A stretch of DNA of 64,000 nucleotides from Patescibacteria group bacterium (GCA_049323035.1 JBMOLB010000005.1:110402-174401), one strand, 5' to 3'. Positions 17,479-27,301 are shown, numbered from the stretch's first letter. A program made the numbers and translations. Notes: generated by a model not told the origin, from the letters alone.

Positions 17479-20400
17479 ATGGGCAAAATAGTTGACTATC
17501 TCAAAAAAAGACCTGGTTTAATCGTGATTTTAATGATTCTAGTAGTCATAACTGCCGTTAACATAAAACCAGACTTCTATCTTGCCGGATGGGATAATTA
17601 TTCTTCCTACTTCAACCTTAAAACCAATATTTTCAGGACATTTTTTGCCACCTGGAGGGAGTATCGAGGCCTAGGGGTTCCATCGGACTCAGAATCTACC
17701 GATATTTTTAGGCAGATATTTTTCCTGATCCTGTCTCCATTCGTAAAAACCCAACTGCTGGATCAGATTTATGCTGTTTTTGCATTGAATTTTGGAGTGT
17801 TGCTGGTATATTTTCTGCCGGGTAAGCTGCTCGGATATATTAAAAAAGATAGTGAGCATAAAGACATTGTTGGTTTCGCGGCAGGTTTTTTTTATCTCTT
17901 CAATCTCAATACTTTGGCGACATTCTATTTCCCGATGATCATGTTCATCAATCGCTATTATACGGTTCCTCTCTTGGTCACCTTGCTGTTGAGGTATTTT
18001 GAAAATAAGAAACTATCGTCTTGGGAATATTTTCTGTTTGGAGCTTCAATTGTGGCTACAGCAGGCAGTTACATGACAGCAACAGTATTCATAACCGTTT
18101 TAATGTTCTTATCAGTCTTTATATTTTTCCAAAGCCCCAATATTAAAAAATCCCTGATTTCGATGACGATGTTTCTGTTACTCAACGGTTTTTGGCTGTT
18201 TCCATTTATTAATTACACGATCCAAAGAAGCGGGGTAGTAAATTTGGCACCAACTTTCATTGAAGCGAACGAAATACAGCTAAACAAACCGAAGTCCTTT
18301 TATACCCTGGAAAAACTAGCGATTTTATATCCAAATTTTTTTGACACCGCAATCACAAGTATCGACAGACAAAACGAGACTGGATACCATCCGCTTGTGC
18401 CTATAATGTCAAAATTCCCATACCGTCATATTCTCTGGCTATTTCCCCTGTTATATATTGCCGGATCAATCTATATAACAGTCAGGATAAGGAGAAACTG
18501 GAGAATTATGTGGATTCCAGCTACTGTTTTCCTTTTCATGTTCTTGTCAATGAAAGAATTTTCCCCTTTGGGTTTTGTATACATTTTTCTTGAAAAGGCG
18601 ATCCCTTTTTTCGGGAACATATTCAGATTTGCTGACACAAAATTTCATTTTTATATAGCATTTTCCGGTAGCCTTGCAATTGGATTGTTTACAGGATTAC
18701 TGGCGGAAAAAATCAAAAGCAAGAGTTTGCGGATTTTTCCCTTAATCTTGATCATATTGTCGGCGTTCGTTTTCAAAGGCTATTTCACCGGGAATCTTTT
18801 TGGATTTTTTGACCGGAACAGAATTCCCGATGCTTATTTTAAATTGGCTGAAGTCGTCAACTCCGACCATGGGGATGGTCGCGTTCTTCATTTACCTTTT
18901 GATAAGAATATATATTGGCGGTCATACAACTGGGGATATTTAGGGTCATCGTTTTTACATTTTATGATCGACAAGCCATTAATTGAAAAAACATTTGAGC
19001 CAGGAAGTCAGGAAAATGCTTTGTTAAACGACGAAATCTTCCGGATTATTGCCAATACCCAGTCGGCGACGGCCAATCACAGCCAGGAGAGCAAGACTTT
19101 TGAGTTCTATAACCTCTTAAAAAAGACGGGCATAAAATATATAATTTTCGATGAAACTGTTTCATCCGAACAACCATCAAAGGGAATAACGCTTTGGGGT
19201 AGGTTCAATGTTTCCGATTCCAATAAGATGATAGGCAATCTCGAAAACGCCGGCTATTTGAATCTAAGAGCTTCATTTCCGGTTAACCTTACCGAATTTA
19301 TGACCGACGAAAAAGTCTTTCCTGAAGACCCGTTACAGATTAGCGAAGTAGAAAAAAGCCCCTTATATTCAATAAAGTTGTACGAAGTCAAGGAACCAGA
19401 CGCAAAGATAAGAACGGCAGGAAAGACCGTTGTTTCTGATTCCAACATGTCCAGCCTTAGTATACAAGAGGGCTTTGATTACATGCAGGACGACTCTGGC
19501 GTAAACGTAATGACATCGCCATTCAAAAGACGGAACACTTTGCCGAAAATCGAAAAGGGATTTGGTCGGTTAGTTCTTGACGGTTACAAAATTATTCCCG
19601 GACTTGGATATGATTTGACATTACAAAACAAAGCCGGACAACCATCCCAAACCCAAATAGGAGTATTTGTCAGAAAAGACGAAGATAACCTGACGATTTC
19701 ATTTTATCAAATGGATTTTCCTGACGTCGTCGTGGATGGCTCGATCATCAGCAATCGTAAAAAAATAAAGGAGATATCCATACCGTTAGGCACGGTATCA
19801 ACAGCCTTGGAGATTAACGATAGTACTGGCAGATATCTTGCTAACTGGCAAATATTGCCCTATGACAGAATAAATGGCTTAAGAATCAAGATGGGTAAAA
19901 CGACAATGCCTTTGCCCAGCTCCATTGGTGAAACGGAAGGCTATGTCGGATCCACGGTGGTTGATGAAGGAGTAATGCCGATAAAGATATTGGCTCAGGA
20001 CACAGAAACGAAAGATGTTGTTAATTCGTTTGGCCTGACCGAAAAACCTAATTGTTTTGATGACGGCCTGAAGGATTATGCGTCAAGCCTTTCGGCACAG
20101 GAAACCGGTTTTTCATTGGACAGCATGAACGGATCAACATGTCTTATTAGTTCGCTTGGCGAATATGTCGACGAGGATAATAACTATCTCGAAGTTGGTT
20201 TTGAGTATAACAGCAGTTCGGAAGACCTTGATGGCGATTACGATCTGAAGTATGCCAACCCGAGCAAGCCGATTTTGAGAAAGACGATTGTTACCGAGGA
20301 AAAACCCAATTATTTTTACGCCTGCATCAGAGATGTCAAGTTGGATGACTGCTTCAATGTTCATTCAACCGCAAATCTTGGAGATAGCGGATCGGTTATA

Positions 20401-21507
20401 ATTCCTGCGGAAAAGGAAATAAACGCCCTAAATCCCATAATCTTCCTGGCTTTGAAAAACATCGGTTACCAAAAGCAGAATCTAATTATCCATGGTTTAG
20501 AGATAAAGGAGTACAAAACGGTCGCCTCTGATGATTTGACAATTGTCCCCGCAAAGACAGAAAACATGAGTATTATTTCCAACACATCGCAGCCTTTGGA
20601 ATTAATTTTTGATTTGCCATTGAGCGGTTATTCTTTTTACCAGAATTCAATGGACGGTTTTAACGTATCCAACGGTCCATGTTCTAGAATCGATTCATAC
20701 CGGACATTCAGAAAAGATAAAAAAGAAAACCTGATAAGTTATTTCGAAAACTGCGATAATAGCCTGTTTCAAACCCTGGATTTCAACAGCAATAACTTTT
20801 ACCTTTGGTCGGTTGATTATAACTCCGCCTCCGGAAAGTATCCCAGAATGGTTCTGGGTGATGGGCTTTTTAACTATGTTGACCAGTATTTATCACTCTG
20901 GCATGGTTACCCAAATGTCAAAGGATTTAAGGAATTTCAATATCCAGAGTTTTTCCAATCAACGAACTCGGTGAAGGAAAAGCTTGACAATGTCGAGTTG
21001 GTGAATACTTCGATTACCATACCATCCAACCCGGAATTCTACGATTACAAAAAAAAGAATTTCACTATCAGTCACAATTCAGAAAACGAAGGGATGGCCT
21101 TAATCAACCGTTTCAATGTCATAGCGATTCCCAATACTTGGGAGGGCTTGACAATAAATTCGCCAGGAAACATAACGGTCAACGAGTTTGCGTCGGTAAC
21201 AGAATACAAACAGTTTCTTCCATCGCTATGGAAATTGATTCTAAACAATGATGATTTTGGAAATCAGGTGGTATATTTCAACGAGGCATACGACAGCCAA
21301 TGGGGGATCTATTCCAGCATTTTTGACCTAATGACAGGCAAGGAATCATCGATGTCACATTATAAATGCAACGGTTATGCCAACTGTTTTGAAGTGTCGC
21401 AACCAGGGACGTATTATGTTTTCTATCAGCCGGAAAGACTATATTTCTTTGGCTGGCTGGTCACCTTGGCGGCAATCTTTTTAGGGAAGATAATCGTTTC
21501 TATCTGA
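17479..21507 (+). CDS. giant polytopic membrane protein, GT-C-type glycosyltransferase, AftD-like architecture
   Basis: 1342 aa. About 450 aa of N-terminal multi-TM region, a very large soluble (extracytoplasmic) region, and one C-terminal TM helix (WLVTLAAIFLGKIIVSI). This matches arabinofuranosyltransferase AftD/DUF3367-type proteins. Low-GC DNA. Confidence 0.55.
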   Translation: MGKIVDYLKKRPGLIVILMILVVITAVNIKPDFYLAGWDNYSSYFNLKTNIFRTFFATWREYRGLGVPSDSESTDIFRQIFFLILSPFVKTQLLDQIYAVFALNFGVLLVYFLPGKLLGYIKKDSEHKDIVGFAAGFFYLFNLNTLATFYFPMIMFINRYYTVPLLVTLLLRYFENKKLSSWEYFLFGASIVATAGSYMTATVFITVLMFLSVFIFFQSPNIKKSLISMTMFLLLNGFWLFPFINYTIQRSGVVNLAPTFIEANEIQLNKPKSFYTLEKLAILYPNFFDTAITSIDRQNETGYHPLVPIMSKFPYRHILWLFPLLYIAGSIYITVRIRRNWRIMWIPATVFLFMFLSMKEFSPLGFVYIFLEKAIPFFGNIFRFADTKFHFYIAFSGSLAIGLFTGLLAEKIKSKSLRIFPLILIILSAFVFKGYFTGNLFGFFDRNRIPDAYFKLAEVVNSDHGDGRVLHLPFDKNIYWRSYNWGYLGSSFLHFMIDKPLIEKTFEPGSQENALLNDEIFRIIANTQSATANHSQESKTFEFYNLLKKTGIKYIIFDETVSSEQPSKGITLWGRFNVSDSNKMIGNLENAGYLNLRASFPVNLTEFMTDEKVFPEDPLQISEVEKSPLYSIKLYEVKEPDAKIRTAGKTVVSDSNMSSLSIQEGFDYMQDDSGVNVMTSPFKRRNTLPKIEKGFGRLVLDGYKIIPGLGYDLTLQNKAGQPSQTQIGVFVRKDEDNLTISFYQMDFPDVVVDGSIISNRKKIKEISIPLGTVSTALEINDSTGRYLANWQILPYDRINGLRIKMGKTTMPLPSSIGETEGYVGSTVVDEGVMPIKILAQDTETKDVVNSFGLTEKPNCFDDGLKDYASSLSAQETGFSLDSMNGSTCLISSLGEYVDEDNNYLEVGFEYNSSSEDLDGDYDLKYANPSKPILRKTIVTEEKPNYFYACIRDVKLDDCFNVHSTANLGDSGSVIIPAEKEINALNPIIFLALKNIGYQKQNLIIHGLEIKEYKTVASDDLTIVPAKTENMSIISNTSQPLELIFDLPLSGYSFYQNSMDGFNVSNGPCSRIDSYRTFRKDKKENLISYFENCDNSLFQTLDFNSNNFYLWSVDYNSASGKYPRMVLGDGLFNYVDQYLSLWHGYPNVKGFKEFQYPEFFQSTNSVKEKLDNVELVNTSITIPSNPEFYDYKKKNFTISHNSENEGMALINRFNVIAIPNTWEGLTINSPGNITVNEFASVTEYKQFLPSLWKLILNNDDFGNQVVYFNEAYDSQWGIYSSIFDLMTGKESSMSHYKCNGYANCFEVSQPGTYYVFYQPERLYFFGWLVTLAAIFLGKIIVSI

Positions 21508-22334
21508 CTCTTCCGGTAAACCATTTTTTTCATGATTCTGTAAAGGGCGAAATTAACTTTGGGCGGAAGGTGTATCGCCAAAAAATATTGTACCTTCCAG
21601 AATGTCTTAACAAAGATTCCAGGTTTTTGGATATTGGCGGCGGCCCATAGATGGACATTATTGGTGCTCTCAATCATCTTGCGGTGAAGCCTCATGGTCG
21701 CGGCAGAATCATGCACCCTGAATTTGGTGACGACGTGGTTGAGATTGGCAAGCTTGCCCAGCTGACCCATCCTGAACCACAGGTGATAGTCATCTGCAGG
21801 GTAGAACGCTTGATCATAGTTGCCGGCTTTCTTGAAGGTGCTTTTTCTATACATGACCGCCGGATCAGCAAACGCATTAAGGTATAGCCAGTTATTTCTG
21901 ATTTCCTGATCGGTTTGGGGATAAGAGAGTGTATCTATAGTTCTTCCTCTTCCGTCAATGAGTTTAAGGTTTCCTCCAACTAAAACATGACCTTGATTAT
22001 TTTCCAGGAAATAAACCTGGGACTTCAACCTGGTGGGGACCATGAGATCGTCCTGGTTCTGTCTGGCGATGTATTTTCCCTTGGCTTTGGTAACGGCAAA
22101 GTTCAAGACGTTACATAATCCTCGGTTTTTTTTGAATGAATAGAATTTAATATTCTTATGTTTCTTTTTGAGTTTTAAACATAATTCCTTACTCCTGTCT
22201 TTGGAACCATCGTTGACGAGGATGATTTCAAAATTGGCGTAAGTGCTCTTGTAAACAGACGAAATGGTTTCCCTAAGGTACGGGTAGCCGTTATATACCG
22301 GTATTATGACCGAAACTAAAGGTTGCTTTTTCAT
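21426..22334 (-). CDS. family 2 glycosyltransferase
   Basis: VSVIIPVYNGYPYL, NDGSKD and QDD motifs. The 3' end overlaps the convergent GT-C gene by 82 bp. Confidence 0.85.
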   Translation of the reverse strand: MKKQPLVSVIIPVYNGYPYLRETISSVYKSTYANFEIILVNDGSKDRSKELCLKLKKKHKNIKFYSFKKNRGLCNVLNFAVTKAKGKYIARQNQDDLMVPTRLKSQVYFLENNQGHVLVGGNLKLIDGRGRTIDTLSYPQTDQEIRNNWLYLNAFADPAVMYRKSTFKKAGNYDQAFYPADDYHLWFRMGQLGKLANLNHVVTKFRVHDSAATMRLHRKMIESTNNVHLWAAANIQKPGIFVKTFWKVQYFLAIHLPPKVNFALYRIMKKMVYRKSQIETIIFPKKIAAKVTSQPKKYSLSG

Positions 22335-23095
22335 ATAAAGGGTATGGGAAATTTTAGTTTAACCACTTCTATTCTAATAGAATTTAAAATCCGATGTCCA
22401 AGCAAAGCCAGGATATCAAAGATGGCCTCGATTATGCGTTTTTTTGATGGAAACCTGGATGGCCGGATCTCTTTTACGTTTACAGGTGTTTCGTTGACAA
22501 TCAGTTTGTTGATTTCGGCGGCGATGACAATTGACGTGTCGAACATATGTTTGGTCATGGGTAGGTCTTTTATTAGTTCCATGACAGAATCCCTTTTGTA
22601 AGCCTTTATGCCGTGGGTGTCAGTCCCGTAATATCCAAAAAGTATATTGATCACTTTTTTCAAGGCCTGACTCAAAAATTTTCTGTAGATTGAGCGGTCA
22701 TCCTTGCGCCCTAAAAATTTTGACCCAATAAGGATGTCGTATTGACCATATTCTTCCATGGCTTTTCTTATAAATCTTCCATCTATCAAGTCAAGATCCA
22801 ACTGGATAATCGGGTCATTTTTGGCAGAAAGGAGGCCTCTTTTAATGGCATGTCCATAATGGGGCAGGGAAGCCTTAATTACGGTTATCCGACTGTCTTT
22901 TTGGGTCAAACCGTACGCCAATCTGAAAGTCTGGTCTTTACTTCCGTTTTCTATCAGAACCACTTCATAATTTTTGACTCCCATATTTTTGAGAATCCGT
23001 CTCAATTTGTTGACCTGGGGCACGATAATAGACTCCTCATTGTGGAGGGGGATGATTATCGAGACGGGATTATTATGAAAATTAATTTTTTTCAT
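22331..23095 (-). CDS. family 2 glycosyltransferase (polyprenol-phosphate sugar transferase-like)
   Basis: VSIIIPLHNEE, IENGSKDQT and LDLDL motifs. ATGA-type coupling to the downstream GT2 gene. Confidence 0.8.
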   Translation of the reverse strand: MKKINFHNNPVSIIIPLHNEESIIVPQVNKLRRILKNMGVKNYEVVLIENGSKDQTFRLAYGLTQKDSRITVIKASLPHYGHAIKRGLLSAKNDPIIQLDLDLIDGRFIRKAMEEYGQYDILIGSKFLGRKDDRSIYRKFLSQALKKVINILFGYYGTDTHGIKAYKRDSVMELIKDLPMTKHMFDTSIVIAAEINKLIVNETPVNVKEIRPSRFPSKKRIIEAIFDILALLGHRILNSIRIEVVKLKFPIPFI

Positions 23096-23319
23096 ATTTT
23101 TTCAATTTTCTAAATTCCTTTTCCTCTAACCACATAATGGTTATGGGAAAAGGCATGAGAGGGAGTAATAGGATTTTGTTGATCGCGGGGGCGATAGAGC
23201 GCAAAAAATTGCGATCAACAATTACCGTTATCCACAGTCATGGCCTTTTTTTGGAGGACCCAATTAACTTTCCGTTTAAGGCGAAGTTAGTGTTCAAGGG
23301 GTCCTCCTTGGGTTACAGG

Positions 23320-24201
23320 TTAGTGCAAATACGAGGCGGGCAGAGCGGCTTCAAGATGAATCGCGCGTCCGGGCGTGGGGATTGTGCAAGTACTTCCACT
23401 TGGACAATAGTAGACACCGAAAATCCAGGTGGTGTCATAGTTCCACGTCTTGACGACGACAGCATTGGTGAGCGCTTGATGCCCGGGGTCCGTGAGGACG
23501 ATGCTCGGTCCATTGGTGGTCCAGCCGCCGACACTCGATTGAGTGTTCGTGATGCATTGATTTTCGGCTTGCTTTCCGAACAGAATGGTCAGCGTGTCAG
23601 CATATTGGTCTGCCGAGGTTGCATCAACGAGATTTGTTGCTTCCTGCACGGTCATAGCGCGGGTTGTCGGGCACGATAAGCCTGTGACGGTATTGGAACC
23701 GGCGGGCGTTGCGGCGACGGGCGCGGATGCGGTCGTGTGCAGGTATGAGGCGGGCAGGTCTGCGTCGAGGGCGAACGAGCGTCCAGGGGTGGGCACGTTG
23801 CAGGTCGAGCCGGTCGGGCAGAAATACACGCCGAAAATCCAGTCCTGGCGGTATTGATAGGTCTTGACCACGACGGCATTGCTGATTGCCTGATTCTGGG
23901 GGTCCACTGAAATGAGGGCGGGTCCGGTCACGTTCCAGTTGCCAACGCTCGAGGGGTTGTTGATGATGCCATTGTTATCGGCAAAATCACCCAGGGCGAC
24001 GGTCAGACTGTCTGCGTATTGGTCGGATGCCTTCGAGTCAATGATGCTCGTTGCTTCAGCGACGGTCATCGGGCGGGTGGTTTGGGCGGGCGACTGCGCG
24101 GGGGGAGCGGCATGGACATTCCATGGTCCCATCATCGTTCCGGCAAAAAAAGCCAGTACGAGTAACGCGCTTGTGATTGCGAGTGGATATGCTCTACGCA
24201 T
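23320..24201 (-). CDS. secreted protein made of two tandem ~115-aa repeats (GC-rich island)
   Basis: The start is set at MRRAYPL, which has a signal peptide and a GAAAGGAAAAG SD. The repeat RPMTVAEATS...PTPGRSFALDADLPASYLH recurs as RAMTVQEATN...PTPGRAIHLEAALPASYLH. Confidence 0.7.
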   Translation of the reverse strand: MRRAYPLAITSALLVLAFFAGTMMGPWNVHAAPPAQSPAQTTRPMTVAEATSIIDSKASDQYADSLTVALGDFADNNGIINNPSSVGNWNVTGPALISVDPQNQAISNAVVVKTYQYRQDWIFGVYFCPTGSTCNVPTPGRSFALDADLPASYLHTTASAPVAATPAGSNTVTGLSCPTTRAMTVQEATNLVDATSADQYADTLTILFGKQAENQCITNTQSSVGGWTTNGPSIVLTDPGHQALTNAVVVKTWNYDTTWIFGVYYCPSGSTCTIPTPGRAIHLEAALPASYLH

Positions 24202-24414
24202 GGTAACACTTTTCCTTTCTGAAAAGTCTTGCTCTGGCTCATTTCTGAGTTGGTTAATCGGATTCGGCTTGGTTATTCCGCACGGTGTTTCTGTGCTTTT
24301 CCGTTCAAAAGATTGGCATTCTCTTTTGGCTATTTTGACCAATTCTTATCTACTTGCGATATAAGCGTCAACCATAGCTGGTTATGCGGCATCACCTCCT
24401 TTCGTTAGATGATT

Positions 24415-24744
24415 CTAGTTGCCAATCAGGTCGTTGAGCGTTTCATCAGAGATGAATACGCCTTTGGTTGTTTCACAACTCCCGTAATTGCTAACCGAAA
24501 CCTCGCTTATGTCGAAGCGTATTGATCCTTGCGAACCCAATGAACTTTCCCAGTATGTATTCCTGGTTATGGTTACCTCTTGTGAAGGTAGTTCACAGGT
24601 TGTCAAACCAGACCGGTCGTACTTGACCTGGTATGCTTTGGTTTCGTCGGGGATTGTGATTCTCGTACCTTCCGCTGGTGGTGCGCATCCGGCCAATGCC
24701 AGAAAAAGAGCGCCCAAAAGCACTGCTACTAGAAGCCTTTTCAT
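24415..24744 (-). CDS. small lipoprotein
   Basis: Lipobox LAGC after MKRLLVAVLLGALFLA. Confidence 0.6.
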   Translation of the reverse strand: MKRLLVAVLLGALFLALAGCAPPAEGTRITIPDETKAYQVKYDRSGLTTCELPSQEVTITRNTYWESSLGSQGSIRFDISEVSVSNYGSCETTKGVFISDETLNDLIGN

Positions 24745-24838
24745 CGTACTATCCCTCGCTTTCGTCTACATATAGACACTTACTTTTTTCATTTTTCCTG
24801 ACTTTTTTGCCTGTTTACCTCCTTCCAAAGGTGAAAAA

Positions 24839-25045
24839 TTACTTATACATATCCTTCTTGCGTTTTCTTTCCCTCTCCAAACGGTCGGCTATTTTATCGC
24901 TTTTGCGACTCTCAATCAGCATCGGTATGCCGAAAACAATGAAGAGTCCTAATGCGATTGCCGCTAGGATGATGAGTGCATCTGTCTGTGTCAGACAGCC
25001 GTGCATTGGGATGTTTACGTCGATTACGCATGCAGTTGTTTCCAT
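24839..25045 (-). CDS. small single-pass membrane protein with basic C-tail
   Basis: 68 aa with the TM segment ALIILAAIALGLFIVFGIPML and a Lys/Arg/Glu-rich tail. First ORF after RNA motif copy 2. Confidence 0.45.
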   Translation of the reverse strand: METTACVIDVNIPMHGCLTQTDALIILAAIALGLFIVFGIPMLIESRKSDKIADRLERERKRKKDMYK

Positions 25046-25158
25046 TTTCGTTTCCTTTTCTTCGATGAATTTTTTTTGATTGCTTGTCTGAGTCGTTGTT
25101 CCCTTGCTGCTTTGTTATTTTTTCTTCTTTCCTTTGTTTTTCCCTTCTTTTGTTGATT

Positions 25159-25281
25159 GACTTGCTCTTTGAAGCTAATGGTCTAGCTCCAAGGTGCAAG
25201 CCAATCTTTCCCTAATAGGTTGAATCTATGATCCTGAAACGAGTTCAGGATGACAAGATAAAACCGTTCGGAAAGAAAGGA
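25159..25281 (-). ncRNA. conserved structured leader/RNA motif, copy 2
   Basis: Paralog of 16948-17071. The perfect hairpin ATCCTGAA-N5-TTCAGGAT corresponds to CCTGGA/TTCAGG (with one G-U pair) in copy 1. Confidence 0.4.
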
Positions 25282-25699
25282 GTTTAGAGGTATATGTCAG
25301 GTTAATTCGTGTTCAATTGAGCCATTATGTTTGCCCAAATTTGCCCATAAAAAATATATAACCTGTATCTGTCTTTCGACAGAAATACCCGTTGGTATAG
25401 TTCAGCTCCCAAGGAGCTAATCCTTGAGTCATTCGTATACTTTCGGGTAAACCCAATTGTTAAAGTGCGAGGAAGTGCCCGCACATTCAAGCTTTTGAAC
25501 GTGTAGCCTTCCACACTTCGTCTCCGCACATGTTCAGCGGGGACTAGACTGATATGTCCCGCCCTTCGGCGGGAAGCTAGTCCCCGCCTGGGACGAAACA
25601 GTGCTTGAGCCTAAGCCCAAGGAGTAGAGGACAAATGTGCCCTCTAACCTTTGAGTTCAGGCTAGCCTCAATCTCAAATTGTTAAAGATACTTTTCCAC

Positions 25700-25753
25700 A
25701 AAAAAACCCAAGAGCGAAAAAGCGGCGATTGATCCGCTCTTTCCCCCTTGGGT
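25700..25753 (-). terminator. rho-independent terminator after the 25969-26637 gene
   Basis: The minus strand reads AAGAGCG-loop-CGCTCTT. The loop contains a GCGG/CCGC hairpin. The stem is followed by GGGTTTTTTT. Confidence 0.5.
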
Positions 25754-25968
25754 ATTTAAGTCAGTACTCTCGTATTGGTATATGTTTCGTCCCTTAAACA
25801 TATGCCTATAGTATATCACAAATATAGCTAAAAATCAACTATAGTTGTGATTATAGTAATCTAATTGTAGTTATCAACAATCCATCAACATTATCCTCTT
25901 TTGTATATATATCGGTTATCAAAGAACCTTCAGTCTCGCCGAGGCAAAATAACGTACGCAGCCTCGAA

Positions 25969-26637
25969 TCAAGACTTTTTCTTAAGATATATGCCGGCTC
26001 CAAGTAAGGCCAGTTGACCGGTCAATAGGGCAAGGCCGAATTCAGGTCCGGCAGAAGGTACCTTTATGACGCCCCCCGTGACCTGCTTTTCGATACAAAG
26101 CTGGGCGGTGTCGTCGTCGTAAGCGTTGGATGAGTTGGCTTTCACAAAGTTGGTGACACAGAAAAGACCCTTGTCGGCCGGGATATTGGCCTGGGAATAT
26201 ACCCTCATCTTGAGGTAAAAAGTCTTTTCCTCGTCGACGTTGAAATCTCCGGCATTCCAGACGATTTCACGGGTGGCCGAATTCCAAGATCCGGGTCCGT
26301 CCAAAGGTTCAAGATAAGAGGGGACCGTGTCCCTGACCTCCATTCCGACCAATCTGGTGGTTGAGGTATTCTTGACTTTTATCTTAAAATAGACAACCTG
26401 TTCAGGTTTGAATCTGGCGTCAGATACACCCAAGTTATCTACATATGTGTATGAATTGGCATCCTGCGAAGTTCCCGGCTTTCCGACCATTTTATCAACA
26501 ACTATAGAATAGGAATTGCACGGCTGTCCGTATTGGCCATACTGACCGTATTGTCCGCCGCAGTCTGCGGAGACCTTGTTTGTTAGAGAAAGAAATCCCG
26601 CGAAAACAACCAATAAAGCAAATATTAGTTTTTTCAT
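25969..26637 (-). CDS. secreted DUF11-like surface protein with C-terminal sorting-signal-like tail
   Basis: The start is moved to MKKLIF (signal peptide). QYGQYGQYG low-complexity stretch. DUF11-like VRDTVPSYLEP pattern. The C-terminus has VPSAG, a hydrophobic helix, then KKKS. Confidence 0.6.
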   Translation of the reverse strand: MKKLIFALLVVFAGFLSLTNKVSADCGGQYGQYGQYGQPCNSYSIVVDKMVGKPGTSQDANSYTYVDNLGVSDARFKPEQVVYFKIKVKNTSTTRLVGMEVRDTVPSYLEPLDGPGSWNSATREIVWNAGDFNVDEEKTFYLKMRVYSQANIPADKGLFCVTNFVKANSSNAYDDDTAQLCIEKQVTGGVIKVPSAGPEFGLALLTGQLALLGAGIYLKKKS

Positions 26638-26767
26638 AGTGAGAATTATACTATAAGACTTTTGATTTGTCAACTATAGGTTAAATCGCATCTGAATGCG
26701 TAATTTGAATCACAAAAAAATTATATTTTAGTTCTTTAATCTCACTGCGTTCGATTATAATACAGCT

Positions 26768-27301
26768 ATGAAGCTTAACGCCCAACAACTCAGGGATTGC
26801 AACGAATCGGAAATAAAGGACAAGCTGAAAGGCATGAAACGCAGACCGATATATTTTATTCTGGAAAATATATACGATACCTATAACATAGGCGGCCTTT
26901 TCCGTTTGGCTGACGGCTTGGCGATAGAGAAGATGTATCTTTGCGGCGAAATGGAGATCCCGCCTAATTCACGGATCAAGAAAGCCTCGATCGGCACCTA
27001 CAAAGTGGTTCCCTGGGAATATAAAAAAACGGCAAGAGAGGCAATCGAGGAATTGAGGCAAAAAACAACCGGAATACGGATTTTGGCGGTCGAACAGGAT
27101 CAGAAGTCGGTTGCATATACCGAAGCCGACTACACGGTTCCAGTTGCCCTGATAGTCGGCAACGAAACCTCAGGCGTCACTCGGGAAACTTTGGATCTGG
27201 CCGACCAGATAGTCGAGATACCGATGTGGGGGATTAACAAGTCCTTGAACGTGATTGTTTCCGCCGCCATCGTGTCCTACTGGGCGGTCAATAAACTTTG
27301 A
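26768..27301 (+). CDS. TrmH/SpoU family RNA 2'-O-methyltransferase
   Basis: SPOUT motifs NIGGLFRLADG, LIVGNETSGV and IPMWGINKSLNV. Confidence 0.8.
   Translation: MKLNAQQLRDCNESEIKDKLKGMKRRPIYFILENIYDTYNIGGLFRLADGLAIEKMYLCGEMEIPPNSRIKKASIGTYKVVPWEYKKTAREAIEELRQKTTGIRILAVEQDQKSVAYTEADYTVPVALIVGNETSGVTRETLDLADQIVEIPMWGINKSLNVIVSAAIVSYWAVNKL

Noticed and set aside
23137-24364. Plus-strand ORFs 23137-23679 (180 aa), 23585-23857 and 23912-24364 (150 aa)
   Set aside because: These are shadow ORFs produced by the GC-rich island. The minus-strand gene has a signal peptide, an SD and an internal protein-level repeat.
25466-25620. Possible RNase P RNA (GAGGAAGTGCCCGC resembles CR-I GAGGAAAGUCCGGGC; ACAGTGCTTGAGCC resembles the CR-V region)
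   Set aside because: The two blocks are only about 120 nt apart, against roughly 280 nt as I recall for bacterial RNase P RNA. The P4 pairing would be weak, and the other conserved regions are absent.
26500-26560. QYGQYGQYG-encoding short tandem repeat in the DUF11-like gene
   Set aside because: This is an in-frame low-complexity segment of a surface protein, not an independent repeat element.
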